NCBI RefSeq assembly: GCF_000150275.1
Contig: NW_002060978.1
Span: 62,001 to 126,000 of the forward strand
Reading direction: 5' to 3'
DNA length: 64,000 nucleotides
Source of the DNA: Trichoplax adhaerens
Taxonomy: Eukaryota > Animalia > Placozoa
Below the pieces are notes generated by a model. The model ran no database searches. It saw only the letters and a program-made list of their open reading frames with translations, and had not been told where the DNA came from. Positions 44,056 to 56,759 of this stretch are shown in pieces. Numbering within the stretch: position 1 is the stretch's first letter; each line of letters begins with the position of its first letter. Both the position numbers and the translations under genes were made by a program.

Positions 44056-45160
44056 CATTGTCCTACAGTACACTCCATCGCTGGACTGGACACTGGACAG
44101 TGGACACGGTACGGTAGTGGTATACTGTACTGTAGAGTGAAGGACGGACTACCGTCCACACAGTGTACACTGTACAGTACTGTAGCAGACAAGGAAAATC
44201 CAGCATTGTCCTACAGTACATACTGTACTGTACTGTACCAGAAAAGGAAAATCCAGTTTTGTCCTACTGTACAGTACACGACGTCGTTGGACTGGACTCG
44301 ACAGTGGACACGATGCGGTAGTGGTACAGAGTGAAGGACGGACTAGTGTACAGTACTGTACAGTGTACACCACGTCGTTGGACTGGACTAGACACTGGAC
44401 AGTGGACAGTGGACAGTGAGTGGACACGGTACGGTAGTGGTACAGAGTGAAGGACGGACTACTGTGCTGTGCCAGAAAAGGAAAATCCAGCAGTCGATGA
44501 CATGGACTTCCATCTCTAACACGGACTTCTTCGAGTACAGTACAGTACAGTTGTCTATCGAGTCAATTCCAGTGTCACTGAGGCTCATTGTACTGTACAC
44601 TGTACACTGTACAGCATGTCGTCACACTTCTACAGTATGGTACACTATCTGGGCCACGTAGCATATAGTAATCATACATTTACAGCCAGCACACGAGCAC
44701 CAAAAAAATGAGACGATAGCCATAGACTACTACAAAAGCAAAGTAAAATAAAATGGATCTATCATGTAATCGAATTGATCCGCTACATCTTAGCGATATC
44801 CATTTAAAAGCCATGAATAAACAATCAATCAACAACAGGATTGTACTGTATGCAGCACTGCTGTACAGTACAGTGTATTGTACAGTATGTACTGTACACT
44901 ACAGTAGAGACCCTCTAGGAGAGACATGACAATCTACAGTACTGTACTGTACTGTATTGTTAAAATTAGAGGGTCTCTACAGTACTGTACTGTACACTGT
45001 ACAGTACAGTGATGCATCGAGTACTGTAGTGCACACTAGTCAATGACAGTAGCGTACCGTACTGCAAGTATGAAAAGGAGAATGCAACAGTCTCACAGCA
45101 GGACAGTACTACAGTCTACGGTACCGTACCGGACCGGACCGCACCGGACCGTACCGTACT
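44056..45160. repeat. Composite pentamer-based repeat/palindrome block in the AIFM1-TUSC3 divergent intergenic region
   Basis: Three copies of GGACAGTGGACACGGTACGGTAGTGGTACAGAGTGAAGGACGGACTA-like unit, three AAGGAAAATCCAG, abundant (TACTG/CAGTA)n, inverted repeat 44904-44917/44967-44980, (ACCGG/ACCGT)n at about 45120-45160. Confidence 0.85.
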
Positions 45161-45836
45161 GGGTCTCGACGGTAATGTTCCCCCCTCAAGACTCAGCGTT
45201 CCATCGACTGCTAATTAGGACTGGAAACTCTCCTCGGATGGACGGACTTTGCATACCATATTGGGCCGAAAATGTGGGAAAAATAGTGACTCAGTATGGA
45301 TCTTTCGTGCCTGTTTTCTAAATCACTTGTACTCATTTAAATAACATTCATGATCGAAATAGACTCCTTCTACGTAGAGCTTAGTAACAGGTAATGGAAT
45401 GCAATGTAAAATGAACCGAGTAAAAATCAGTCCTTTCAGAATCCACTCTCTCCATACTAAAGTACTATGATAATGAAGTGTTGGATACCATTTCTTGGCA
45501 AAATCAAGTCCAATGTCTGTCCGTCCAACTGAAGTTCAAGTCCTGGTATGTTTTTTCTCCTACTGTACTGCACATCTTGGATAAATTGTTAGCAAAATGA
45601 ATGTCACTAATACACACTTAAATTGATATAGATAAGCGACATTCTTTTCATCAAGATTGTGGATAAAGAATCTGGCTGGATTGAATATTGGAACAAATCC
45701 ATGAGGAGTCGTTAACCCTTAGCTGTCAATGACTTTGTGTTGAATACCACAGCAAGCGTAGTAATGTATTGACTAGCAAGGGTCTGTTCTAACCGGCCAC
45801 GACAGACCAGTGCTCGTCGATACAAAACTAGCCAAC

Positions 45837-48507
45837 ATGGCGAACAACAAAATCTGGCTAGTAATGACACTTTTAGTCATCATTTCCTTATGGGGCTTGT
45901 CGGATAGTGCTAAAAAGAAAGAAAAGAAAGAGGTAAGCATGGATGCATCCTTGCTAGAAGGATAAAAACAAGACTACAGATGTACAGTAGTTGGCCCAAT
46001 CGGTCGATCGCTACTCTGGCGGGTTATCGATGCTACCGGCAGTTGACCAGTCAGGCCAGTCTGCTCATCGACAAACCTATCTGCCAAAGCTTGATGCGGT
46101 CCTGTCGTTTCCGTGTAAGCCACTCAACTTTTACCATCTTCTTTTGATAGGCTCAATTAAATAATAAAATCAAGCAGTTATTAGAATGGAATATGAGACG
46201 ATCGATTATTCGTATGAATGGCGAAAAGTTTAAAACTTACATCAAAAGTGGACCTCGAAATTATTCCGTCATCGTCATGTTGACGGCGTTAGCTCCTCAA
46301 CGTCAATGCTCCATTTGCAGGTTGTTCACCGTCATCAATTCAATTCAATTCAGCTTATAACATGATAATGAAATCATGATAGAATGAAGAATAACAGTCA
46401 ATCATGTTTGTATATTGCGGAAGAGATTGCTCTATCATACGAGATCATGAAATGCTTTGATCTCTTTAAGTTAACAGTTTGCAGACATGCTCCATTTTAG
46501 TTGCAAAATAATCTTGTAATCAATCTGGATAAAGTACTCTACGTTACAAGTGGTACAATATCTTACTGAGAAAACTCTGGATACTTTGTTTAAAGAATAT
46601 GCAAGTAGTCATAGTTGTATTACAGTAGATTACAGTTAGTATCCTATCTTTACTGACTAGGTTCTGTCTAGTGGCTTATGCTATTCCGATCCGCTTGATT
46701 TGTAATATTCCTTCTACGCTATTTTGCCTATTTCATATGACAGGGTCGCAAACGATGAATATAAGGTTGTCGCTGACTCATGGAGAACGTCGCAAATGTA
46801 TTCTTCTAAACTTTTCTTTGCTGTAGTAGATTTTGATGAGGGCCAGGATGTATTCGCTACGGTAAGGAATACATCATTATCACTTATGACGTATCTTACA
46901 CACTTGTTGGTAGAATCAAAGTGTTGTTAACAAACTGTGGTTGTAAAATGTACATGCACAAAATCTTCATGACGATTCTGTCACCTAAGACCTATTTCAA
47001 CTTTTCCTAATGCAACCCAATTGGATCAAATAGCTCAAGTTACAATCTGCCCCTACCTTTATCCATTTTCCTCCTCGAGGCGGTCGAAAGAAAGCAGATA
47101 CGTTTGATATACAAAGGTAATAATTTGTTATTACTGCTAGCGCTTTACTTCTACTACTACGAAATGATTCATTAGTAAAATGCACATGATAAATTCTTCT
47201 TTACACGAGTGGAAGGATTGAATACATTGTTAGGTCTACATTAACGTAATGATCAAGTGGGGTTCATATAGGGTAGCGTTGTAAACTGCTCCGATGATTA
47301 TGAGACTTGTTGCTGCTGGAGCACTGTTGACTACATTGTAATCAATCACAACCATGGGTGACGGACCTGCTTATCAACATAAGTTTATATTAAACAGGCA
47401 TGGAATATCTGCTGAAGGCATGGCTAAATGGATAGGTGAAAGAACTGACATCCATGTAAGTAACATACTTGTAGGTTATACACTATCAGGTCCAAGTGGC
47501 AATAGAGTCTTCTAACTTTATCATACCATTTCATTAGATCCACGTCTTTAGGCCACCAAACTATGCCGGTACATTAGCTCTCGGTTTTCTTCTCACACTC
47601 ATTGGCAGCTTGCTGTACATGAGGCGAAAGAATTTAGAATTTTTGTACAACAAATCTTACTGGGCTATGGCAGCACTGGTGAGTTGACTTAGCTATTAAG
47701 TTGGTTCACTTTCTAACCAAGTTCTTAATAATCTAGTTAGAGTATTGCGTTCATCGCATTTGATACGATGATCACTTTAAGTACAGTGGTAGCTTCTACG
47801 TTAGATAGATAGCTGACGTTGCTCTCTTATTGTCCTTCATTTAGTTTATCGTATACTGTATGACATCGGGACAAATGTGGAATCATATACGTGGACCACC
47901 CTACGCTCCGCGCAACCCTCAAACCGGAGAAATTTCCTATTTCCATGGTGGTAGTCAGGGCCAGTTTATCGTTGAAACTCATATTGTTGCGATTTTATGT
48001 ATCCTTTTAAATCAAGTTTGAATGTATTCCATAGAGTCTTCAGAAAACTATATGTATTAGTCAATAGAATAAGTTTCCTGAATGGATTGTCTTTACATGT
48101 TGATAAAAGCTGTCTACTAATGATAACTTGCCGAACAATCCTTAACTTCATGTTCCGTAAAGATGTAATATTTTTTTTTGGCGTTTTGATACTGAACGAG
48201 AAAGTGCCGACAACAGACGACTCACGCAAGAAACAACGTAAGCGCATGGACAATTTCGATAATATTTTCATCAGCTGTACGAAACTGATACAGTCTTCTT
48301 ACTATTTCCTATATAGTGTTTGCTATGGCTGGTCTGGGCATCGTGATATTTTTCTTTAGTTTACTGCTATCTATATTCCGATCAAAATATCACGGATATC
48401 CATACAGGTGTGTGATTAAACTAGTTTTTCTCTACTCTGTTCGTGTACGGGTAGAAGAAAGATTCTCATTAGATTTATCATTATTTTTTAGCTTGCTTAT
48501 CAGATGA
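45837..48507 (+). CDS. TUSC3: Oligosaccharyltransferase OST3/OST6-family oxidoreductase subunit (TUSC3/MAGT1 pro-orthologue)
   Basis: Signal peptide; [22 protein letters not shown] (CxxC); [23 protein letters not shown]; [11 protein letters not shown]; FRPPNY; [15 protein letters not shown]; [13 protein letters not shown]; [21 protein letters not shown]. Confidence 0.95.
47999..48162 (+). other. U12-type (minor spliceosome) GT-AG intron
   Basis: 5' site GTATCCTTTT, branch site TCCTTAAC at 48139-48146, AG at 48161-48162; splicing restores [21 protein letters not shown]. Confidence 0.9.
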
Positions 48508-50131
48508 AAATATTTCTGGTGGAAGCCCTAATGCCTATAGGAAGACTTTGTAATAAGTCGTTTATTTGAATCACTTCATTATCAAATTTGATCGTCTATC
48601 AACGGTTATATATCTTTACCTATTAATTAATTCCTCCCCACACTCTATAGCTGGTTGTAACTATATTTGCTGTATATCTGTCCCTGCAATTTACTGTATA
48701 TCTCCTTTTAATAATACAATAACTGTAAGGATGGAATTTTTATATGCACTGAAGGGAAATAAATGCAGTCAAATACCATAAAAAAATGTGGGGAGGTTAA
48801 TACTTCTATGGGTAATGCATACACCATAGTCTTGACTCTTTCCGTTCTGCTGTAGTATTTAATGCCACTACTTTCATGAATGAATAATGTTTATAATGAT
48901 TCCGTTATAAAAATTATTATCCAGCCTCTAGAAGACGCAGTAGACTATCGTCAAATTGACAAAAACAAATTTTTAACGTTAAAACTGTAGCAACATCACC
49001 ATATGCAGCCTATGTTATAGACTAACTAATGGTAATGGAGAAATATAATCACAGATAATAGTAATTTTCTCAAATTTATAAGTTACAGTTTGTTGAATGA
49101 TCAATCATTTTGCCAAAGACTTTGAAATTAGTATCCCTATTGACAAAGTTACTCGTTCATGATATGTGAAAATCCTCATCATTATGTAATATAAATAGTA
49201 TCAGTAATGAATTTGCTCGCTAGCCGGATTGCTTTGGCAAAATATAAATTCTTTGAACTGTAAATTGCTCAGTGGTCACTATACATTATGGATTTCATTG
49301 GATTAATGTGAACATTTATACCCTTCTTAAAGAATCTGGACTGCGAAATAATCACCTACAGTACATAAAGCACATCTAGATTGAACTAACTAATAGTGCT
49401 AGTTATGTAGCGGTTGAATTAAGTAGGGAATAAGTAGGCTAAGATAAACAGGTATTTCTAATTGTCCTCTTAGTAGTCAGGAACCATTCAGAGTAGTCAG
49501 TTAATTTCAGTTCCAATACAGAATTATTATACAGCCATGCACTATGTAGAAATTATTCTGGCGTTTGCAGATTTAGCTGTTGAGTTTAGCATACGTGCAT
49601 ATCATGAAAGTGGGGTGTTAACGCCGACAAAAGTATCCATAATGACTCTTATTTGCTTATGTACAGTATGAAAAATATCAAACTATAAAATAAGAAAATG
49701 AATTTAGTTTTTCAAGCTTTTACTTGATTATAATTACAGATTGATTACAATGCAAGTAGTAATTGATAGCATACGACAATTGTAGAAGAAAATACGCTTA
49801 CACGTGAGACTCTTATCACTTTAAAAGTTATGAATGTAGCAAAAATAATGTAGTACTGTAGAGAATAGTTGTATATAGCGTTGATTTTGCTAGGACCTAA
49901 AAAATACCTGCAACGATCTATCAAAATTTTAAAATTATGTAATACATAAACTATCTTATCTGGGTCAAAATTAATTTTGCCAGTGACCATAGAGCAGTTA
50001 TATATTTAACCAACGCGAGATAAATACATTCTAATATCAAAACAATTCATTAGTACGGCTGATTTCCTTCAATATGAGTATGGATAGGATAGCTATAAGC
50101 TTGTCTTTCATCAGAGTCTCAATAATAGTCC

Positions 50132-53058
50132 TTAAAAGAATAACCAAAATAAGGAAACAAAAATTGGAGCATTCTTTTGCAAATCTTGTTGGCGGGAAAA
50201 ATTTGGATCTAATTGATTTTCGTAGTTCTCCAGAACATCTTTCAATTTACGATTATCGTTTAAAACATTTATGATCTCTTTCTCTTTTTGCTCAATCACA
50301 ATTCGTAATTGTTCTCGTCGCTCCTCTGCATCCACCAACATATCTTTGCATTGGGTTAACATTTGACGACATTGCTCTCCTTCTGTTTTAGCTTCTTGTA
50401 GAAATTCCTGAGTATGTTGTAAAGATTGCATAATGTTGTTGTTATCATCTTTGGCATGCTGTAATTCTTGCATACAACAGACAACTTGCGATTTTAGCTC
50501 ATGATTCTTTTCATTTAATTGATCTATTTTTAAGTCTTTCTCTTTCAATAATGCTTGCAATTGAACGGATTCTTGTTTTTGTAGTTGCAACTCTTCTTCG
50601 CGTTCTATCAAGGTTTCCTTAAGCGCTTGAACTTCTTCTTTATATATTGCATATTCTACTTCTCTTTCATCTGATTCTTTGATTAATGCTTGATTTGTTT
50701 GCGTCATATTGGATAATTCATGCGCTGTCTGCTTTTGTAAAGCTAGTAATTCTTCTTTTTCCTTCTTTATTTGTTCTAATCGTTCCTTGGCTTCTTTTAA
50801 GGATGATCGAAAGCCATCAACGGTATCTTCATGTTCAGTAATGGTCGATAAACCATTACTTGTAGATTGATTTCCATCCGTTAAATCTTGACCTGTGCTT
50901 TGCTCCTTTGAAATATGAAATATTAAGAGGTTATTGGTAGTTACCAAAGGATATTATGAGGACAAAGACTTTGAAATAAACCTAATAGATTCTTAAAGTA
51001 GTATACACGAGATCGAGTAATTCAGTTTAAGAGACTTTCACTCATTAAATTAAATGGTTATTGAGATTTCTTCTTAACGGATGTTTTGCCAACTATTTTG
51101 AGATCATGGTCAGGGCTGATTACAACGGAATCATCTACATAGCGACAATAATTTTAAAGGTGGAACTAGCCATTGCCATAAGCTATGGCAAGTAGCTTTA
51201 AACCATAACTAACCGTAATTATAGCAAGATTACTTGATTTTTTATTTGACTGTAATTTATCTTACGTATTATAACCATAGGATGGGTTATGGGGTTATGT
51301 GAAACACTTGAAATTTATCGATCCTATTGATGATGTTGTAAAGTTTACATCGTATCCTTCTAACTTCTAACTTATCTGTTAATCCCTAAAATACTAATCA
51401 TGCTGATGGTATCTTACTCGATGGAATTGATGATATATATTACAAATTAATGAAGACACTAAGGTTAAAGGCTATATACTTACAATTCCTGATAAATCAT
51501 CAATTTCAATCAAGGAATCATTCATGCTTTTAGTAAGACGAAGACCTTCTTGGGATTCCTATGTTGTTCGAAATAAAAGCTGGTTATCGTTAAAGAACAC
51601 AAATCAGCCATAATAACTGCTTGGCTTCCATAACAAGCTTAACTTTAAATTGAATAACAACTATTTCTGACTAATTTTAACTACCTATGTAAGAGAAGAT
51701 TACAAACAGTATTCTATTGTAGATCATCTGCAGTCCAATCGGAAGCGGGAAATAGAACAAACTTATACTGTTAAACTGCTCGCTTTTCTACTTTATGATA
51801 TTTAAATTATTTTACAGCTTTACTAGCAAGTAGATGATATACCAATATCAGTCTCTACTCGATATCATAGTAAGTTATATACTTTCCGAGGAAGCTAGAT
51901 CGTAAATCAACATAAATAGTTAAACACATCTATTACCGCAACAATCTTGCCTATATACATACTTCGCATCTCAAAAGCTATATCCTTCTTAAGCAACTGG
52001 ATCGTAAACTAACATATTAAAACAAACCTATTTAACCTCTAGGATCTCGCCTATACTCCATACTGTCATAATTTTTATACTTTACAATTTCTAGAAGCGT
52101 ATTTTAGCCTAGCTGCTAGTAATTGGATCTTAAATCAACATATTGAAGCAAATCTACCAAGCCTCCTGATCTTTACTGCAATAGTTATACAATGTATTTT
52201 GATAGCAATTGCATCGTGAACCGACACATGTAAACTACTTTATTTAATACCTACGAACTTGCCCATTCTTCATACTGTAACAGTTATATTGCTATAAGTA
52301 ACTGGATTGTAAATTAGTATATCTAAGCTATCCTATTTGATTTCTATAATCTTACGTATACTCGATATCGTAGTATGTCCAACGATTACTAGACATAGTT
52401 AAGAATTTAGCATATATCTGACTTTATGAACTTGCAAAATATGCCCAGATTCAGCAGCTTTGAATATACAACAATTCTTGTAATTACCAGACTTTACCCT
52501 CATTCTACAGTACTATAGAAATCTTATTCTCAGTTTCATAATATTCATCAGCGCAAGTATCTTACCTCTGGGATAGGGCTGGAAGGGAAAATACCTCCAC
52601 TGCTTCTACTTCGCTTTAACGATAAATCCTATAAGATTTGGCGGTATAAAATCCAGGATTAGCAAGTGAGTTTATTATGTAAAGATTTCTTATTTTGAAC
52701 ATTCGTGCAACATAAAATATACTCCAAGGCGAAACTGCAATAATCACAGATCAATTTCTATTGCTTATGCTATGCAATTCGTCACCGTACATAAAATGGC
52801 AAGTATGAATTACCCTTTGGAATGGCGAACTTTGTACAATCAAAGTCTGCAAAGCGGTATCAAGCCAACCGCTATAGTAGGGAAATATTCATTATATTAA
52901 AAACATACGAAAGAATCCAAGGAAGACATAAGTAATAAGAGAGAAACTCATATTTATTTTGGAAGAGGCTAAGAATCACTAGCCTGTGATACTTACCCAA
53001 GTGGGGATAATTTATTCGCCGATTCTTCGGCTCCGGTATTATCCGAATTACCAGGCAT
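50132..53058 (-). CDS. Uncharacterised coiled-coil protein (~345 aa) with hydrophobic C-terminus
   Basis: Five exons splice in frame at GT-AG sites: about 53058-52997 (MPGNSDNTGAEESANKLSPLG), 52872-52814 (GWLDTALQTLIVQSSPFQR), 52628-52566 (DLSLKRSRSSGGIFPSSPIPE), 51558-51484 (ESQEGLRLTKSMNDSLIEIDDLSGI), 50906-50132 (E/Q/K/L heptad-rich, ending APIFVSLFWLFF*). Confidence 0.75.
51880..52370. repeat. Degenerate ~100-120 bp intronic tandem repeat
   Basis: Recurrent AACTGGATCGTAAATCAACATA-like motif near 51893, 51994, 52120, 52207 and 52300. Confidence 0.65.
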
Positions 53059-55277
53059 AGTATCCTAATATAAAAATTTAAAGAGTCAGAAGCTAAATCT
53101 ATCGATGATACTGAATATACTTAAGAGTTATACTAATATACCCTATAAATAATCGGGAATGAAGACGGAAAGTTCTACTTATTTGTTCAAAGCCTATGGC
53201 TTGGTTATGCCAACGGCTATTGATGTCATTAAATTACTTTAATCTTTTCCTAAAGGATAGATAGGCCGATATTTACATTGGCAGGAATCAACTGATGGCA
53301 TAAGAAAATTTCCTAATTCCCCCTATAATGCTATAGTAACTTTTTACTTGTTGCGACTGCCCATAAATAGAATAAATTCCAATTAATCAGATCGTCACCA
53401 AAGTGAGGATTGATCAATGTTTAAAATTTGATCGGTACAATTGCAGCAGTTGTATGAACAAGCGGATATTGATAGCGGTTGTTACTTCGCCATTCTAAAT
53501 CTCAAAACTACATCAAATTCTTGACTTTGGGAAGTAATCGTACCATATTTTTATATTATTGAATCATACTTCAGGAGTCATCTATAAGATTACGGAAGCC
53601 TGGGTAATTGATAGCTACTCGGTTTAACGACTAAAATTGATACTGTTTCGTTACAGGATAACATATGCTAAGATCATTAAGACTTCCTGATATTCTCTAT
53701 GTACATATATGCATAACCTTTAGAGCGTGAATGTGCTTGCATAGCAGCAAAAGGAGGTACCGATAATATGGAAAAGTCTAATGTCAACTTTGCTAACGTA
53801 CAATATAGTTATTAAACTACTTCAATTTTCAGAGTTATATCCGTCAACTGTAATATTGTAAGTAGGATAACAAAGATAAAATTCTCAAATTAAATAGTAA
53901 ACGCAATTAATAATAAAAATGCTTAATGGATAAATTGATTGGAAAGGAGTAAGAAATTAACTATCGAAATGGATCATCATACAAAATGACTCTGTAGTAT
54001 AGTATACGCAGAAACAAAAAACTTGAATTCTATTTACTTACACAATGAATCCTTGAACTGAACAACAGACGCTTAAAATGACCAGTAATACTGTTGTTAG
54101 GATATCTTAGCGATTGCTTGTAATAATGGAAAGATGTTCATAGATTAGCAATCAGGCTATAAATTAGATTTTTATTAATATCATTGTAATGCTTATGAAT
54201 TTAGTCGTTTAAATTTAATTCAATTTATGCAGCTTCGATACCTCATTAATCCATTCGAATTAAAGAACACCTAAGAAAGAAATAGAAAAGGGCTATTAAT
54301 TTAATCCCATCATGTGACGCTAATTAAAATAACCTTTGAACATCCGATCAAAGTGCAATTTGTTATTTACGCGTCAAAGAATTTTGTTAAGATTCATTGG
54401 ACCTTCACAGACATTGGGAAATTTTTATAAGCTCTTCATCAAGCTGGTCGGATGCTTGCAAACTGAATGCTATTGTTATTATAAGCTAGCATATACAATG
54501 ATAAACTAATCAAAATATAAATATTGTCAAATGATACTTATAGTCTCAGAAAGTTGAGAATGGATTAAATTAGAAATTCTCAAAATAGTCAAGCCAGAGG
54601 GTTATAAGTAGTAGATTTAGGATTTAAAAATTGAATAGTCGCTACTCAATTAGAGAAATGCCAGCCAGCCTCCCTACGAGCAGCGCAGGGGTATTTATAC
54701 TATTGTTAGATGACTCTGATTATGGGTTCATTTCAATAGGTCAGTATAAGATTCTTACTGTACTTTTTACCTCAAGATTTCTTCATGTAAAACGAATAGC
54801 TCTAAGGTAGTAATTTCTACAGAGTACTGATTTTTGAAATAGTATCTGTTATATCACTAAGGGTGGCCACTGGGCCTTTAAGTTATGATTTGATGTAATA
54901 CTCTGATGAAAATTGAATAAACATAGAATCTTTATAGAGTTTTCTACTCAGCCATTTTGATTATTACATTTTTTTATAACGGTTGTTATCGAATACTCAA
55001 GCAATCCTTAGACACATTATAATGATTGGTATAGAATTGACCACAGGACTAAGGGCATTGTACCGCACTGTAGATATCTTACAGTACCTGCTAATCTTAA
55101 CTTGGCATATCCATCACCGTACATTAGTTATCATAATGTGCTTTGGACCATTAACTAATCTTAATATAGCATAGTACATTACTATTACCGGGATATATAA
55201 CATATATATTATCGAATGATAATACTATCTGTTAATTTTATTAACAAATTATTAACAAATGGGTACATTATCGTAAA

Positions 55278-55308
55278 CCGTCAGCAAAGCGACGGGAGTT
55301 TGGACTAG
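55278..55308 (+). mobile_element. Helitron-like 3' terminus
   Basis: GC-rich hairpin CCGTC(A)GC-AAA-GCGACGG, 9 nt spacer, then CTAG followed by T. Confidence 0.5.
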
Positions 55309-56759
55309 TACTGATTAATTCTTGGATCGGTTATGAATTTATAGTATTGAAGGTGATAAATAGGACGCAATAGATAGGTCCAATTAGAGCTTAGCAATAG
55401 CACATAACTCCATATCAGAAATGTACGTGCATATATGAGCTCTATCTGATATGCAACTTTAGCTGCAATAGGGGGTTAGAAACTCATCGAATCAATAAGT
55501 TGCAAGATAGTATGTCTCTGCTATCTTTATTCCTTCTGATCTCAGTAAATTTACCAATCAAAAATTTATTTTTAAATACCGACTACTTTTAAGTCCTATG
55601 CAACCATGTTAGGGCCTATGTAATTCTCATCTATTGACCTGAAATTTTATACAGCTAAAACTGAATGTCGGTGGCGATATCTTTTTTTATTAGATATTAG
55701 ATATCGACTAACTTTAACAACTATAATTAGCAATACTTATTCTGGAGTATCACATGCTTTACCATTATAGATAGAAATCCTTTGCGTGTTACTATGGTAA
55801 AATACTAATATGAAATAGCATTGTTTCAAAGCTAATCTGTTCTATTCATAGCCCAAATTTATCCTGCGTATCTGTAAGTAAAAATACTTACAGCTCCGTA
55901 TTTGGGCTGTTAATATTGGCTGTGAAGACTAAATTATTAATCATCATATTGCAACTGCTCTATTAGAGCTTCCTTAATTTAAATGATGACGATGAGAGTT
56001 TTTTTACGCAAACAAATAAAATTTTATTGCGGATAGCAGTATCGTTCTAACTGTTCTAACTATTACCAGTGTTACTACGATTACAAATTCCTTTCTAGAA
56101 ACCTTATTCGTAAGAGAATTCTTGAAGAATTAATTATAGCTTGAATACAGACATAAAATATTATCAAATATCTTAGTACCGCTGTTATCGTTTGATGTAG
56201 TAGTGGTTATTTTATCAAGTGTTAATTTCCTTCGTCTTCATAGTTTTTCCCAATATCAGTAGCTAAAAGGACGGGTAAGAGATTGAGAAAGGGTTTAAAA
56301 CTTGATTAGTGATCTTAGTACGGGCGTAATTGTTATCTGCTGTATACTGCCATTAATTTCATCAAAAATTAAACAAGTCATCCAGGTGAGACTAATTTTA
56401 CAATCCATAGTCAAATCGAGATCGGCAGGGTATGAAAAATGAACTAAAACTTTCCAAAAGCTGAATAGGCCTATAAGCGTTGATATTATTCTCATCTATT
56501 ATTAGCGGCAAAGTTGTCGAAAAGAGCTCATCAAAGTTTAAAAAGTGAACGAAAACTTGAGTATAGATCTTGGCAATATCTTGTTTGTTTCAATTTGCTA
56601 TAATAGGCGTACATTGCTACCGTCAATACCTTCAAATATTAATAGCATCATTTTAAAAATTTATTCGAATATAATTGCTAAACCCATTTTGCTAGTGTTT
56701 AAACACTGAAGTAAAACTCTATCACAGATAAGAGCATTGCTATTTTACTGAGCCGTATA

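Noticed and set aside
44056-44520. CRISPR-like array
   Set aside because: Eukaryotic context, variable unit length, inter-repeat sequence is low-complexity rather than unique spacers, no cas genes.
43980-45321. ORFs in the repeat block (44137-44334, 44149-44427, 44388-44600, 44416-44661, 45043-45321)
   Set aside because: Y/S/T/V/C/L-biased translations typical of TACTG-type repeats, open on both strands.
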